Shown piece after piece: positions 17,405-31,048 of a stretch of DNA of 64,000 nucleotides (position 1 is its first letter; every line of letters starts with the position of its first letter). This DNA is from Eledone cirrhosa (lineage: Eukaryota). Made by a program: the position numbers and the translations under genes. The notes beneath the pieces were generated by a model, which worked only from the letters and a program-made list of their open reading frames with translations, did no database searches and was not told the origin of the DNA. Location: NCBI GenBank assembly GCA_964016885.1, contig OZ024743.1, positions 76,818,001 to 76,882,000 of the forward strand, given 5' to 3'.

Positions 17405-20400
17405 GATAGATAGACAGACAGACAGATAAATATATTTCTTTATTTTCCACAAGAGCGTACAAGGAATGGGACATTACAAGACGTGATGGCGGGGTTTTAC
17501 ATGAAATCGTATAAACTTTAATAAATAACAATAAACTATATATAAAATAAAACAATTGAAATCCCCAATATGAGGGAACATTACTGCGGGGTTGTTTTAC
17601 ATCCCGTAGATAGAACAACCCTCAACACCAGGAGCACGTTTTGTAGGTGTTCCCGTCTTCCCTCTGTTTGTCTTCCTCAACCTACAGGTTTATATACAGA
17701 GAAGGCCCATTCAGTCGGGCCATTTTCGCCACATTCACCCACCTTTCAGCAAATTTACTGGGGTGTAGCACCTCTCTCTCCACTCTCAACTTCCTTCTGA
17801 AGTGATACTTAAAGAAGGGGATAAGGTGTTGTCCGGGGAGAAAGGTGTTTGCCCTCAGTCCTTTTAACCTCGTCCACCATATTACCTCTTTCGCCAAAGC
17901 CACCAGACAGAGAAAGACCGCCTCTCCTTCATTCTTAAATGAAGGCGGCGGGGTGATCCTCACGATGGACTCGACTGACAACTGGATACGTCCCACACGT
18001 GACAGCAGCTGTTCGACATAATTCCACAGGTCGGTCACCCCTGTGCACTGAACAATTGCGTGCAGAACGGTTTCGATGTCCTGCTCGCATCTTCGACAGG
18101 ACCTTTTGGCAGAATCTCTACCAGGGCGTCCGTGCCTGTAGATTTTGTCTCGAACTGGTAGAGCTCATCGGTAGCACTGCCAGGCCAGAGACTTCTGGAA
18201 GTTATCCATAGACCCTCGACGGAAAGTCCTCCCGAACAGACTGGTCAGTTCGTCCTCCTCGATGCCTAGAGTTTCCCCGAGAACGTCGTCGCACTTATCC
18301 TCCACTAATCCCCTATAGAATGTCTCCACTGATTGCCGTTCCTGCTTGGTAGAGGGCTGTGAGCGCCTGTTGGCACTCGAGGTGCCAGGCGTCCATTTTC
18401 GGTCTTCGCTTGACCCAGGACCTGAGCCACGGCATGCCCAGCGCCCCGTTAGAAGGGTGTCGACAGCAGATGGATCTCCTTACCAATGGAGCCTGTTTCT
18501 TCCAGAGGAACTTGAAGAGTAGGCGTTCCATTTTGGTGAGGTATTCGTGGGGACAAGGCATGACTATAAAACGGTAGTAGATGACGGACGCTATGTAAGT
18601 GTTCGCCACCTCCGCTCGACCTTTCAAGGAGAGTTTGCACTCAGCCCACCTATGGGTGAGTGCAAACATCTTCGCCGTGACCTCGTTACAGTTCTTGTCC
18701 AGCTGGAGGTCTGGACCACACCAGACCCCGAGCAATTTCACCGGTCCTTCCGTCCAGCGTCCAACGACACTGTCGGAAGGCATGGGTTTGCTTCTCCATG
18801 TGCCGAGTTGCAAACCGACAGACTTGTTTGGGTTTAGTCTTGTTCCTGTCAACGTTTCGTATTCCTGTAATAGGTTGCCGATTACCCCGATGTCCGAGGT
18901 TTTCCACACCATTACCGTCATGTCGTCGGCATAGGCCGACGCTGCTTTCCGCAGTCCTGGTTCGATCGTGATGCCCTGCAACAGCTCCAACTTCTTCAGT
19001 AATGGCTCGAGAGTCAGTACATACAGAATGGAGGAGAGAGAGCACCCCTGACGGATGGAACGCATGATTTGGAATGGCTCCGATAGGTAGCCATTCACCT
19101 TGACTGCCGAGCAGATGCTGGTGTGCATGGCAGCGATCCAGCCTCTGAAGGCAGGACCGAAGCCGGCTGCCTTGAGAACCGCTTCCAAGTATTGATGGTC
19201 GACCTTATCAAATGCCTTAGACTGATCTAAATTGATCAGAGCCCCACCTCAGCCAGGTTTACACCCTACCCTCTCTATGATGTATCGCATGAAGTGGAGG
19301 TTGTCGTGTATGGACCTGGTCGGGATTGCACACGTTTGCGCTTCCCAGATTCTCGACGACAAGCGCCAGCCTCGCTGCTGACACCTTGCCCAAAATCTTT
19401 AACTCTGTGTTGAGCAGAGGTATGGGCCTGAAATTGCTTATCTCATCCCCCTTGTTCTCATCTTTCTTGGTCAGCGTTTCTACGCCTCTGCCTACAGAAC
19501 TGGGAATCCTCCCGTTCTGCTGCCAGTTGCAGTAGACCGCTTCGATGAGGCCAGAGAACAAGTCTGGCATGCCTATGTAAAACTCATAGGGTAGACCATC
19601 TAAACCGGGTAATTTGCGTTTCCCACAGCGGCCTAGGGCATCTTCTATTTCGCCCGCTGTGATCGGCCTTTCGCAGCTCTCCGCATACGTGTTCGAGAGT
19701 CGTGGTACGCCGTCGAGGTAGGAGCTGAAGTCCATCACCTCCCTTGATGTACCGCTTTGCCCGAACAGTTGTGCAAAATGCTGCTGGAAGGCCGTTTACA
19801 TCTGCTTGGATTCAAGTAGAATGCGTCCATCTTTGTCTTGCAAGGACCGAATTGTGGATTTGTTGCCACTTTTCGCCTCTGCCACTCGGGCCCAGCTAAC
19901 AGCTTTGGTTCCCTCGTTTCTTAGCGCACGTGTTCTACTTCTGACAATACAACCTTCGTGTTTCACGTTGAAGAACTGGTCTAGTGCCGTTCTCGCCGCT
20001 AGCACGTCAGCTGTACTGCCATTCCTAAGGGCCTCTTCTACTTTAGCTACCAGTTGCTTTTCGGTTTTGTTTTTTTCTAAAGCTATTTCCTTGCTAAATG
20101 CTATCGATGCTATTCTAATTGCTCTCTTGAGAGAGCTCCACCACCTGTTGTTGACGATCGCACCCGTCAACTGGCACTTAACTAAGGTGCTAATCCGTTT
20201 ACTGTGGACTTACGCGCCGGAAGCGACATGTTTAGCTTCCAGTATCCGGGTCCCTGTCTACGTATTCTATCAAGGTTGACTACGCAGATGACTAATTTGT
20301 GGTCTGAATAGGCAACCATGTGCATTTGTGGACAGCTTAATGTTTCCTTATCTTTCTGTCTAATTAAAAATCTATCTAAATACGATCTAGAAGACCCAGT

Positions 20401-20530
20401 GCGGTTGCTCCACGTCCTCAGTGGTACACTCAGGAAGTCTAGTCGATATCTATAAGCCAGTTGGAATTGGCTGATGAGATTTTTGAGGCTATTACACCCC
20501 CTCTATTATCACAAGCTCCTACATATAGGC
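17405..20530 (-). mobile_element. 5'-truncated, frameshifted Tx1/L1-clade non-LTR retrotransposon (ORF2: end of APE endonuclease, RT, C-terminal zinc knuckle)
   Basis: Translated by hand: APE C-terminus TWSNRTGSSRSYLDRFL...AYSDHKLV (~20285-20420). RT motifs PGLDGLPYEFY, FRPIPLLN, LDQSKAFDKVDH, IRQGCSLS, AYADD. Zinc knuckle CRRC...HAIVQC (~18045-18100). Stop at 17682; AATAAA plus (TATC/TGTC)n tail at ~17405-17445. Confidence 0.93.
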
Positions 20531-20554
20531 TGCAAATCGGTGTTTGTTTCGACT

Positions 20555-20640
20555 TTCTGAGTTCAAATCCTGCCGAGGTCAACTTTGTTTTTCATCCATT
20601 CGAGGTCGATAAAAAAATTACCAGCCATGTACTGGGGTCA
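20555..20640 (+). mobile_element. SINE fragment (B-box plus core)
   Basis: TTCTGAGTTCAAATCCTGCCGAGGTCAACTTTG...CGATAAAAAAATTACCAG. Confidence 0.8.
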
Positions 20641-20669
20641 ATTCTTCCTCTATCTCTCTTTCTCACTTC

Positions 20670-20717
<48 letters not shown>

Positions 20718-20730
20718 ATCTCTATCTCTC

Positions 20731-20782
<52 letters not shown>

Positions 20783-20788
<6 letters not shown>

Positions 20789-21004
20789 TGGACGAAATCT
20801 GCTGTATTCAGAGCTGGAGATGGGCTCTGCCATGGTTAAAAATGTCCTAGAAACGCCGTTTGTCAATACGACGCTCCCACGAATCCCTCAGGGGTTGCGG
20901 CACCAAGCATGTATGTGTGTGAAGAAGGGAAAAGACACGCCTACCAGAATCGAACTACGTATCTGCCAGATACCAGATGGCTGCCTAGCCAACCTTTCAC
21001 CGCC
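20783..21004 (-). mobile_element. Second tRNA-derived SINE family with (AG)n tail
   Basis: Minus strand begins GGCGGTGAAAGGTTGG...AGTTCGATTC (A- and B-box-like) and ends in (AG)n. A homologous truncated copy lies at 28635-28760. Confidence 0.7.
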
Positions 21005-21084
21005 TAAATAGTAATGGTAATTTATTCGACTATTTTGTAGTTAATATAGGAATTGTAGCAGCTTTTCACGATAAAACCAAATAA

Positions 21085-21108
21085 ATGTCAAATATGTGTG
21101 TGTATACC

Positions 21109-21163
<55 letters not shown>

Positions 21164-21371
21164 ATATGTACATGCATATATATATACATATGTATATGTT
21201 TAAATGTATATATATATGTATGTATATGTGTGTGTGTATAAACACACATATATATATGTGTATAAACCTAAATATATTCATATATATACATATATACATA
21301 TATATATGCATATATATATGAGTGGGTGTATATATATATATATACGTACATACATATATACATACATACAT

Positions 21372-21417
<46 letters not shown>

Positions 21418-21442
21418 GTATGTATGTATGTATATATGTATG

Positions 21443-21487
<45 letters not shown>

Positions 21488-21491
21488 GTAC

Positions 21492-21582
<91 letters not shown>

Positions 21583-21647
21583 ACATATAACATATTTACA
21601 TATATACACAGACGTTAACAGATATACATATATATATATATATACAA

Positions 21648-21690
<43 letters not shown>
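21085..21690. repeat. Compound (TA)n/(TG)n/(TACA)n microsatellite
   Basis: Seen directly. Confidence 0.95.
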
Positions 21691-21915
21691 TTGCACAATT
21701 TGTATAGCAACAATAGAGGAGAGTGTAAAGTTGAAAAGAAGTGTGCTTATGAAAACAAGTAGTTATATTTCCACAAGTGTCGTCTGGTGTTGTAGCAAGT
21801 TGGCGCTAGACACTAATGTATCACAAAACTATTGTGTAGATGTAGCATAGCGACAGATTTAAACAGCGTACACCTTACAAATTACCTTCAAATCCCCGTT
21901 ATATATACCTTTTAA

Positions 21916-22330
21916 TGGTGGTGGTGGTGGTGCTGGTGGTGGTTCGTAGTGGTGGTGGTGGTGGTGGTGTTTGGTGGTGGTGGTGGTGGTGGTCGTGGTG
22001 GTGGTCGTGGTGGTGGTACTGGTGGTGGTGATGGTGGTGGTGATGGTGGTGGTGGTGGTAGTGGTGGTGGTGGTGATGGGGGGGTGATTATGAGGGGAGT
22101 GATGGTAGTGGTGATGATGGTGGTGGTGGTGGTGGTGGTGGTGGTGGTGGTGGTGGTGGTGGTGGTGGTGGTAGTGGGGGGGGGGGGTGATTATGGGGGA
22201 GTGATGGTAGTGGTGGTGATGGTGGGGAGGTGATGGTGGTGGTGGTGATGGTGGTAGTGGTGGTGGTGGTGGTGGTGGTGATGCAATACTGGTGCTGGTG
22301 CTGGTGGTGGTGGTGGTGGTGGTAGTGCTG
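21916..22330. repeat. Imperfect (GGT)n microsatellite
   Basis: Seen directly. Confidence 0.95.
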
Positions 22331-22644
22331 CCGTTATTTTTCTAACTGTTGTTAATGTTGTTGTCGGGAGAGGGGGATGTAAGAAGATTTTTTTCGGTTT
22401 CAGATTTTTGTTGTTTTCTATTATTTTTGCTATTTATCCGTATTTGAGTTTCTTTTTTGTTTGTTTCAGCTGTTGTTGTTGTTAATGTTATTTTTTGTTT
22501 TTTTAAATTCCTTTGTTGTTGTTGTTTAACCTCAGGTCAAGTATGGTCGAGCAGACCTATAACCAAAATACCTTTTGACTTTTTTAATATCAGATACTTC
22601 ATACAGGTTGCCAAAATAGAGTCCCTCCAAAGGGCCTTTGTGGA

Positions 22645-22950
22645 GTAAAGTTAATCGATAGAGTGCGTAGCTCGGAGATCAGAGAGTCACTCCAGGTAGA
22701 GCCGCTACTTCTCCGAATTAAGAGATCACATCTCCAATATTATGGACATGTGGTTAGAATGTCTCAGAAAAGAATCGCTGGACAGATTTTACGGTCAAAA
22801 GGAACGGTAAGGAGACCCAGGGGTAGACTCCCGAGCAAGATGGTTGGATAACAACCATGAACTCAGCTGGTCTCACTTGGGGATCCAGCCGGATCAGTTG
22901 GAGACAGTTGCTTTTGACGCTGGAAGGAGTGTTTGATTACTTCCTGAGAA
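22645..22950 (+). mobile_element. 3' fragment of an RTE-clade LINE
   Basis: Encodes LQYYGHVVRMSQKRIAGQILRSKGTVRRPRGR, typical of RTE C-termini. Confidence 0.75.
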
Positions 22951-22997
22951 GGATAGAGAGTGAGAGAGAAGTGAGAAAGAAATATAGAGAAAGAATC

Positions 22998-23148
22998 AAC
23001 CCCAGTACTTGACTGTTACTTTTTTTTATCTATCTCGAATGGATGAAAGGCAACGTTGACCTCGGCGGTATTTGAATTCAGAGAGCAGAAAGCCAAAACT
23101 AATAGCACAAACTATTCTATCTGACGTTCTAACGACTCTACCAATACC
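22998..23148 (-). mobile_element. SINE body whose 5' head is amplified into the adjacent 42-bp array
   Basis: Minus strand reads GAATTCAAATACCGCCGAGGTCAACGTTGCCTTTCATCCATTCGAGATAGATAAAA...GTACTGGGG, contiguous with the array. Confidence 0.85.
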
Positions 23149-26100
23149 ACTAACTATTCTATCTGACGTTCTAACGACTCTACCAATACCACAAACTGTT
23201 CTATCTGACGTTCTAACGACTCTACCAATACCACAAACTATTCTATCTGACGTTCTAACGACTCTACGAATACCACAAACTATTCTATCTGACGTTCTAA
23301 CGACTCTACCAATACCACAAACTATTCTATCTGACTCTCTAACGACTCTACCAATACCACAAACTGTTCTAACTGACGTTCTAACGACTCTACCAATACC
23401 ACAAACTATTCTATCTGACGTTCTAACGACTCTACCAATACCACAAACTGTTCTATCTGACGTTCTAACGACTCTACCAATACCACAAACCATTCTATCT
23501 GACGTTCTAACGACTCTACCAATACCACAAACTGTTCTATCTGACGTCCTAACGACTCTACCAATACCACAAACTATTCTATCTGACGTTCTAACAACTC
23601 TACCAATACCACAAACTATTCTATCTGACGTTCTAACGACTCTACCAATACCACAAACTGTTCTATCTGACGTTCTAACGACTCTACCAATACCACAAAC
23701 TGTTCTATCTGACGTTCTAACGACTCTACCAATACCACAAACTGTTCTATCTGACGTTCTAACGACTCTACCAATACCACAAACTGTTCTATCTGACGTT
23801 CTAACGACTCTACCAATACCACAAACTATTCTATCTGACGTTCTAACGACTCTACCAATACCACAAACTGTTCTATCTGACGTTCTAACGACTCTACCAA
23901 TACCACAAACCATTCTATCTGACGTTCTAACGACTCTACCAATACCACAAACTGTTCTAACTGACGTTCTAACGACTCTACCAATACCACAAACTATTCT
24001 ATCTGACGTTCTAACGACTCTACCAATACCACAAACTGTTCTAACTGACGTTCTAACGACTCTACCAATACCACAAACTGTTCTAACTGACGTTCTAACG
24101 ACTCTACCAATACCACAAACTATTCTATCTGACGTCCTAACGACTCTACCAATACCACAAACTATTCTATCTGACGTTCTAACGACTCTACCAATACCAC
24201 AAACTGTTCTAACTGACGTTCTAACGACTCTACCAATACCACAAACTATTCTATCTGACGTCCTAACGACTCTACCAATACCACAAACTGTTCTAACTGA
24301 CGTTCTAACGACTCTACCAATACCACAAACTGTTCTATCTGACGTCCTAACGACTCTACCAATACCACAAACTATTCTATCTGACGTTCTAACGACTCTA
24401 CCAATAACACAAACTATTCTATCTGACGTTCTAACGACTCTACCAATACCACAAACTGTTCTATCTGACGTCCTAACGACTCTACCAATACCACAAACTG
24501 TTCTATCTGACGTCCTAACGACTCTACCAATACCACAAACTATTCTATCTGACGTTCTAACGACTCTACCAATACCACAAACTGTTCTATCTGACGTCCT
24601 AACGACTCTACCAATACCACAAACTGTTCTATCTGACGTCCTAACGACTCTACCAATACCACAAACCATTCTATCTGACGTTCTAACGACTCTACCAATA
24701 CCACAAACCATTCTATCTGACGTTCTAACGACTCTACCAATACCACAAACTATTCTATCTGACGTTCTAACGACTCTACCAATACCACAAACTGTTCTAT
24801 CTGACGTTCTAACGACTCTACCAATACCACAAACTGTTCTATCTGACGTTCTAACGACTCTACCAATACCACAAACTGTTCTATCTGACGTTCTAACGAC
24901 TCTACCAATACCACAAACCATTCTATCTGACGTTCTAACGACTCTACCAATACCACAAACTGTTCTATCTGACGTTCTAACGACTCTACCAATACCACAA
25001 ACTATTCTATCTGACGTTCTAACGACTCTACCAATACCACAAACTATTCTATCTGACGTTCTAACGACTCTACCAATACCACAAACTATTCTATCTGACG
25101 TTCTAACGACTCTACCAATACCACAAACTGTTCTATCTGACGTCCTAACGACTCTACCAATACCACAAACTGTTCTATCTGACGTTCTAACGACTCTACC
25201 AATACCACAAACCATTCTATCTGACGTTCTAACGACTCTACCAATACCACAAACTGTTCTATCTGACGTTCTAACGACTCTACCAATACCACAAACTATT
25301 CTATCTGACGTTCTAACAACTCTACCAATACCACAAACTATTCTATCTGACGTTCTAACGACTCTACCAATACCACAAACTATTCTATCTGACGTTCTAA
25401 CGACTCTACCAATACCACAAACTGTTCTATCTGACGTCCTAACGACTCTACCAATACCACAAACTGTTCTATCTGACGTCCTAACGACTCTACCAATACC
25501 ACAAACTATTCTATCTGACGTTCTAACGACTCTACCAATACCACAAACTATTCTATCTGACGTTCTAACGACTCTACCAATACCACAAACTGTTCTATCT
25601 GACTTTCTAACGACTCTACCAATACCACAAACTGTTCTATCTGACGTTCTAACGACTCTACCAATACCACAAACTGTTCTATCTGACGTTCTAACGACTC
25701 TACCAATACCACAAACTGTTCTATCTGACTTTCTAACGACTCTACCAATACCACAAACTGTTCTATCTGACGTTCTAACGACTCTACCAATACCACAAAC
25801 TGTTCTATCTGACGTTCTAACGACTCTACCAATACCACAAACTGTTCTATCTGACGTTCTAACGACTCTACCAATACCACAAACTATTCTATCTGACGTT
25901 CTAACGACTCTACCAATACCACAAACTATTCTATCTGACGTTCTAACGACTCTACCAATACCACAAACTGTTCTATCTGACTTTCTAACGACTCTACCAA
26001 TACCACAAACTGTTCTATCTGACGTTCTAACGACTCTACCAATACCACAAACTGTTCTATCTGACGTTCTAACGACTCTACCAATACCACAAACTATTCT

Positions 26101-27997
26101 ATCTGACGTTCTAACGACTCTACCAATACCACAAACTGTTCTATCTGACGTTCTAACGACTCTACCAATACCACAAACTGTTCTATCTGACTTTCTAACG
26201 ACTCTACCAATACCACAAACTATTCTATCTGACGTTCTAACGACTCTACCAATACCACAAACTGTTCTATCTGACTTTCTAACGACTCTACCAATACCAC
26301 AAACTATTCTATCTGACGTTCTCGCGTCTCTACCAATACCACAAACTATTCTATCTGACGTTCTAACGACTCTACCAATACCACAAACTGTTCTATCTGA
26401 CGTCCTAACGACTCTACCAATACCACAAACTGTTCTATCTGACGTCCTAACGACTCTACCAATACCACAAACTGTTCTATCTGACGTTCTAACGACTCTA
26501 CCAATACCACAAACTATTTTATCTGACGTTCTAACGACTCTACCAATACCACAAACTGTTCTATCTGACGTTCTAACGACTCTACCAATACCACAAACTG
26601 TTCTATCTGACGTTCTAACGACTCTACCAATACCACAAACTATTTTATCTGACGTTCTAACGACTCTACCAATACCACAAACTGTTCTATCTGACGTTCT
26701 AACGACTCTACCAATACCACAAACTGTTCTATCTGACGTTCTAACGACTCTACCATTACCACAAACTATTCTATCTGACGTTCTAACGACTCTACCAATA
26801 CCACAAACTGTTCTATCTGACGTCCTAACGACTCTACCAATACCACAAACTGTTCTATCTGACGTTCTAACGACTCTACCATTACCACAAACTATTCTAT
26901 CTGACGTTCTAACGACTCTACCAATACCACAAACTGTTCTATCTGACGTTCTAACGACTCTACCAATACCACAAACTGTTCTATCTGACGTTCTAACGAC
27001 TCTACCAATACCACAAACTATTCTATCTGACGTTCTAACGACTCTACGAATACCACAAACTATTCCATCTGACGTTCTAACCACTCTACCAATACCACAA
27101 ACTGTTCTATCTGACGTTCTAACGACTCTACCAATACCACAAACTGTTCTATCTGACGTTCTAACGACTCTACCAATACCACAAACTATTCTATCTGACG
27201 TTCTAACGACTCTACCAATACCACAAACTATTCCATCTGACGTTCTAACGACTCTACCAATACCACAAACTATTCTATCTGACGTTCTAACGACTCTACC
27301 AATACCACAAACTATTCTATCTGACGTTCTAACGACTCTACCAATACCACAAACTATTCTATCTGACGTTCTAACCACTCTACCAATACCACAAACTGTT
27401 CTATCTGACGTTCTAACCACTCTACCAATACCATAAACTATCCTATCTGACGTTCTACCGACTCTACCAATACCACGAACTATTCTATCTGACGATCTAC
27501 CGACTCTACCAATACCACAGCCTATTCTATCTGACGTTCTAACGACTCTACCAGTACCACAAACTATTCTATCTGACGTTCTAATGACTCCTCCAATACC
27601 ACAGCCTATTCTATCTGACGTTCTAACGACTCTACCAATACCACAGCCTATTCTATCTGACGTTCTAATGACTCTACCAATACCACAGCCTATTCTATCT
27701 GACGTTCTAATGACTCTACCAATACCACAGCCTATTCTATCTGACGTTCTAACGATTCTACCAATACCACAATGTATTCTATCTGACGTTCTAACGACTC
27801 TACCAATACCACAGCCTATTCTATCTGACGTTCTAACGACTCTACCAATACCACAGCCTATTCTATCTGACGTTCTAACGACTCTACCAATACCACGAAC
27901 TATTCTATCTGACGTTCTAACGACTCTACCAATACCACGAACTATTCTATCTGACGTTCTAACGACTCTACCAATACCACGAACTATTCTATCTGAT
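23107..27997. repeat. 42-bp satellite (ACAAACT(A/G)TTCTATCTGACGTTCTAACGACTCTACCAATACC), about 116 copies
   Basis: 14-aa periodic ORFs on both strands. Highly homogeneous; variant units at the right edge (27430-27997). Confidence 0.97.
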
Positions 27998-28215
27998 ATT
28001 CACCACTAAGTGAATGATAAACATTTCAAAACAAATTGTATAAAGAGATTGTAGTGTAATCTTGCAAATTGCTGATTGTGATTATGTTGAATATCCTTCT
28101 CTTTTGAAATACATGAGAAAGTCAAGTTCTCCATTGTCATTTTAAAAATTTCTTAAACTCAGCTCAGTTCCTGCGTATAATGATACAGTCTTTATCATAT
28201 GGTATATATATATAT

Positions 28216-28252
<37 letters not shown>

Positions 28253-28324
28253 GATAGCCTTATACACGAGATGTTTTGTTTACTGTTGACTTTGTTTTCT
28301 GAGTCTATTATTTAAGTGTATTAT

Positions 28325-28472
28325 TTGCAGCAAAGTGTTACGGCCCTTTATGGTCTGAGTTCAAATCCCGCCGAGGTTAACTTTGCCTTTCATCCTTACG
28401 GGGTCGATAAAATAAAGTACCAGTAATACAATGGGTAATTGCTGGCCTTGTGCCAAAAGTATAAACAATTAT
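28325..28472 (+). mobile_element. SINE (5'-truncated)
   Basis: TCTGAGTTCAAATCCCGCCGAGGTTAACTTTGCCTTTCATCCTTACGGGGTCGATAAAATAAAGTACCAG. Confidence 0.88.
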
Positions 28473-28541
28473 TTAAGTATGGGGCATTCTATAATTACTT
28501 TGAGCTTGTTCTAGGTATTGTTCTCTCTATATCTCTCATTT

Positions 28542-28632
<91 letters not shown>

Positions 28633-28634
28633 AT

Positions 28635-28758
28635 CTTTCTCTGGAAGAAATTTACTGTATTCAGACCTGGAGAGGGATGGTCTCTGCCAGATTTAAAATG
28701 GCCAAGAAACGCCTTGTGTCAATACGGCGCCCCTACGATTATATCAGGTGTTACGGGA

Positions 28759-28760
<2 letters not shown>
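28635..28760 (-). mobile_element. Truncated copy of the (AG)n-tailed SINE
   Basis: Homologous to 20785-20900. Confidence 0.7.
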
Positions 28761-28852
<92 letters not shown>

Positions 28853-28854
<2 letters not shown>

Positions 28855-29051
28855 TAGAAAGTGAGGTTTTTTTACAAAATGAAAAATAACCGAGGTGTCC
28901 TACACGAGTGAAAGTATAAAGAAAAAGAGATGAAATCGAAAATGCAACTGGAGTCTTATTTTTTTTTTAAATATATATATTTATTTGGTTCCTTTACCGG
29001 TTTCGCAGTTCTTCTGCTTTTCAAAAGGTGAGTTGAGATGGAGGGTCTGTG

Positions 29052-29056
<5 letters not shown>
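28853..29056 (-). mobile_element. ~200-bp dispersed repeat carrying hammerhead family F (putative PLE pLTR fragment); other copies at 29965-30060, 30215-30350 and 55097-55300
   Basis: Near-identical to 55097-55300; reverse-complement similarity to the 29965-30350 pieces; flanked by (TA)n. Confidence 0.7.
28991..29028 (-). ncRNA. Minimal type I hammerhead-like motif, family F (U3-A8 core)
   Basis: Minus strand: CCUU-UUGAAAA-GCAG(AAGAA)CUGC-GAA-ACCGGU-A-AAGG. Confidence 0.6.
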
Positions 29057-29122
<66 letters not shown>

Positions 29123-29238
29123 AATCGTATGAGTTGTGATTTTGACGATTTCTCTACAAGGGAATTAAATGCCACCTCAAGGGAATTAAATGCCACATAG
29201 ATATATACATATATATATATACATATATATATAATATA

Positions 29239-29355
<117 letters not shown>

Positions 29356-29630
29356 TATATCATAAAACATGTCTATAGAATCACCAGATAAAATATATAC
29401 CATTTCCTCTCCCAATTAGCATAATTAACCATATAAAAAATCGAATAGACCAAGCTATAAGAATAAGGCTTCTATGAAGAAATCTCCAACAAATAACCGA
29501 AACTAGCCCTTCGCGCCGGGTGCGACAGAATATTTATCGAATATTTCGACAGCGTAATCGCCCAGATATACAGTCAATTAAACAGAATTAGGTGTAAAAT
29601 AAACTAGGAGAAAAGTGAACACATTTAATT

Positions 29631-29707
29631 ACCTCGACCATGGTTTCGTCCGCATTTTAAGATATCCGACAGCTTCGGAACCTTGAGCACCGGACTCTTC
29701 AGGAAGT
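29631..29707 (-). ncRNA. Type I hammerhead ribozyme, family D
   Basis: Minus strand: ACUUC-CUGAAGA-GUCCG...CGGAC-GAA-ACCAUGGU-C-GAGGU. All three helices pair; GUC site. Confidence 0.85.
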
Positions 29708-29840
29708 TAGCTCAAATTTAGACAATAAATTTTCCAAAGTGATCGCGCCAAGAATACATTCAAAAATGGCTAAGAATCGTGACGTAAATTTATTACCTTT
29801 TCATTGAGCCACGAAGTGACCCGTTGCAAAACACGTATAT

Positions 29841-29933
<93 letters not shown>

Positions 29934-29935
29934 TT

Positions 29936-29966
<31 letters not shown>

Positions 29967-30098
29967 TCTTTAAAAGACTCCAGTTGTATTTTCGATTTCA
30001 TTTCGTTATACTTTCACCTGTATAGGACATCTCGTTTTTTTATTTAAAAAAACTCATTTTCATATATATATATATATTTATTTATATATATATATTTA

Positions 30099-30189
<91 letters not shown>

Positions 30190-30239
30190 TCATATATCGC
30201 ATCTAATGCGAGATAAACCACAAACCCTCCATCTCATTT

Positions 30240-30294
30240 TACTTTTGAAAAGCATAAGAAAATATTTTGAAAAGCATGTGAAACCGGTAATGTA
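30240..30294 (+). ncRNA. Hammerhead family F, second copy (U3-A8)
   Basis: UACUU-UUGAAAA-GCAU...AUGU-GAA-ACCGGU-A-AUGUA. Confidence 0.5.
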
Positions 30295-30344
30295 AATAAA
30301 TAAATATTCTTAAAAGACTCCAGTTGTATTTTCGATTTCTTTTC

Positions 30345-30411
<67 letters not shown>

Positions 30412-30421
30412 TTATTTATTT

Positions 30422-30779
30422 ATATAATGATACTATTTATAGTGATGTATATACTATAAACAACTATAAACAGGAAAGGTCAGTAATTTATTACTACCTT
30501 ATTACCAGTAAGAGAAATAGTAAGAACATCAGGTGTTTTACAGAGCAGGAATATAAATTATACAATTATCAAAGTTGTGTTCAAATCATTTTATTGCTGA
30601 CAATCGTTTCTTCCAAACTTTCGTTTGGAATCATCAGAGCATTAGCACTGTTTGTACATATAATTAACCTCCTATTCAACTGAACAATCATATAGTTACA
30701 TATATATTGATGTTGTGAACAAGTTTCGTATTTACAGGGTGGAATGGATGCGACATATATTATACGAGAATTGTACAAC
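30422..30779 (-). mobile_element. PLE pLTR fragment, same family as the 52.2-54.1 kb element
   Basis: 30425-30530 matches 52200-52308; 30560-30779 is the reverse complement of about 53913-54135. Confidence 0.8.
30595..30641 (-). ncRNA. Type I hammerhead ribozyme, family B
   Basis: Minus strand: UGCU-CUGAUGA-UUCCAAAC(GAAA)GUUUGGAA-GAA-ACGAUUGU-C-AGCA. Confidence 0.88.
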
Positions 30780-30783
30780 CTGG

Positions 30784-30982
30784 TTTTTAAAATCCAACGT
30801 CAATAAATACGCCAGGATTTTTTCTTTCTGATGATTGAAAGCAAAATTTTTTGCTTTTAAGAAACCACTGGTAAATGAAATAATTGCCTTATGTTGTCTA
30901 TTACATAACTATTAAGCTCTGTTACCTACATAGAGCACTCTTTTTTCCTGGACTTTTCCGACGGAATTACTTCATTTACACA
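30784..30982 (+). mobile_element. Terminal fragment of the hammerhead family A element
   Basis: Homologous to 44457-44650 (reverse complement), 47822-47985 and 50141-50270. Confidence 0.85.
30821..30880 (+). ncRNA. Type I hammerhead ribozyme, family A
   Basis: UUUCUUU-CUGAUGA-UUGAAAGCAAAA/UUUUGCUUUUAA-GAA-ACCACUGGU-A-AAUGAAA. Confidence 0.8.
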
Positions 30983-30994
30983 CATATATATATT

Positions 30995-31048
<54 letters not shown>

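Noticed and set aside
20471-20500. CTGATGA as a hammerhead core
   Set aside because: No helix II, GAAA or UH arrangement follows; it lies antisense within LINE coding sequence.
23026-28009. 1464-aa and 1454-aa ORFs as real genes
   Set aside because: They are translations of a stop-free 42-bp unit that aligns to a SINE head; there is no unique domain or gene context.
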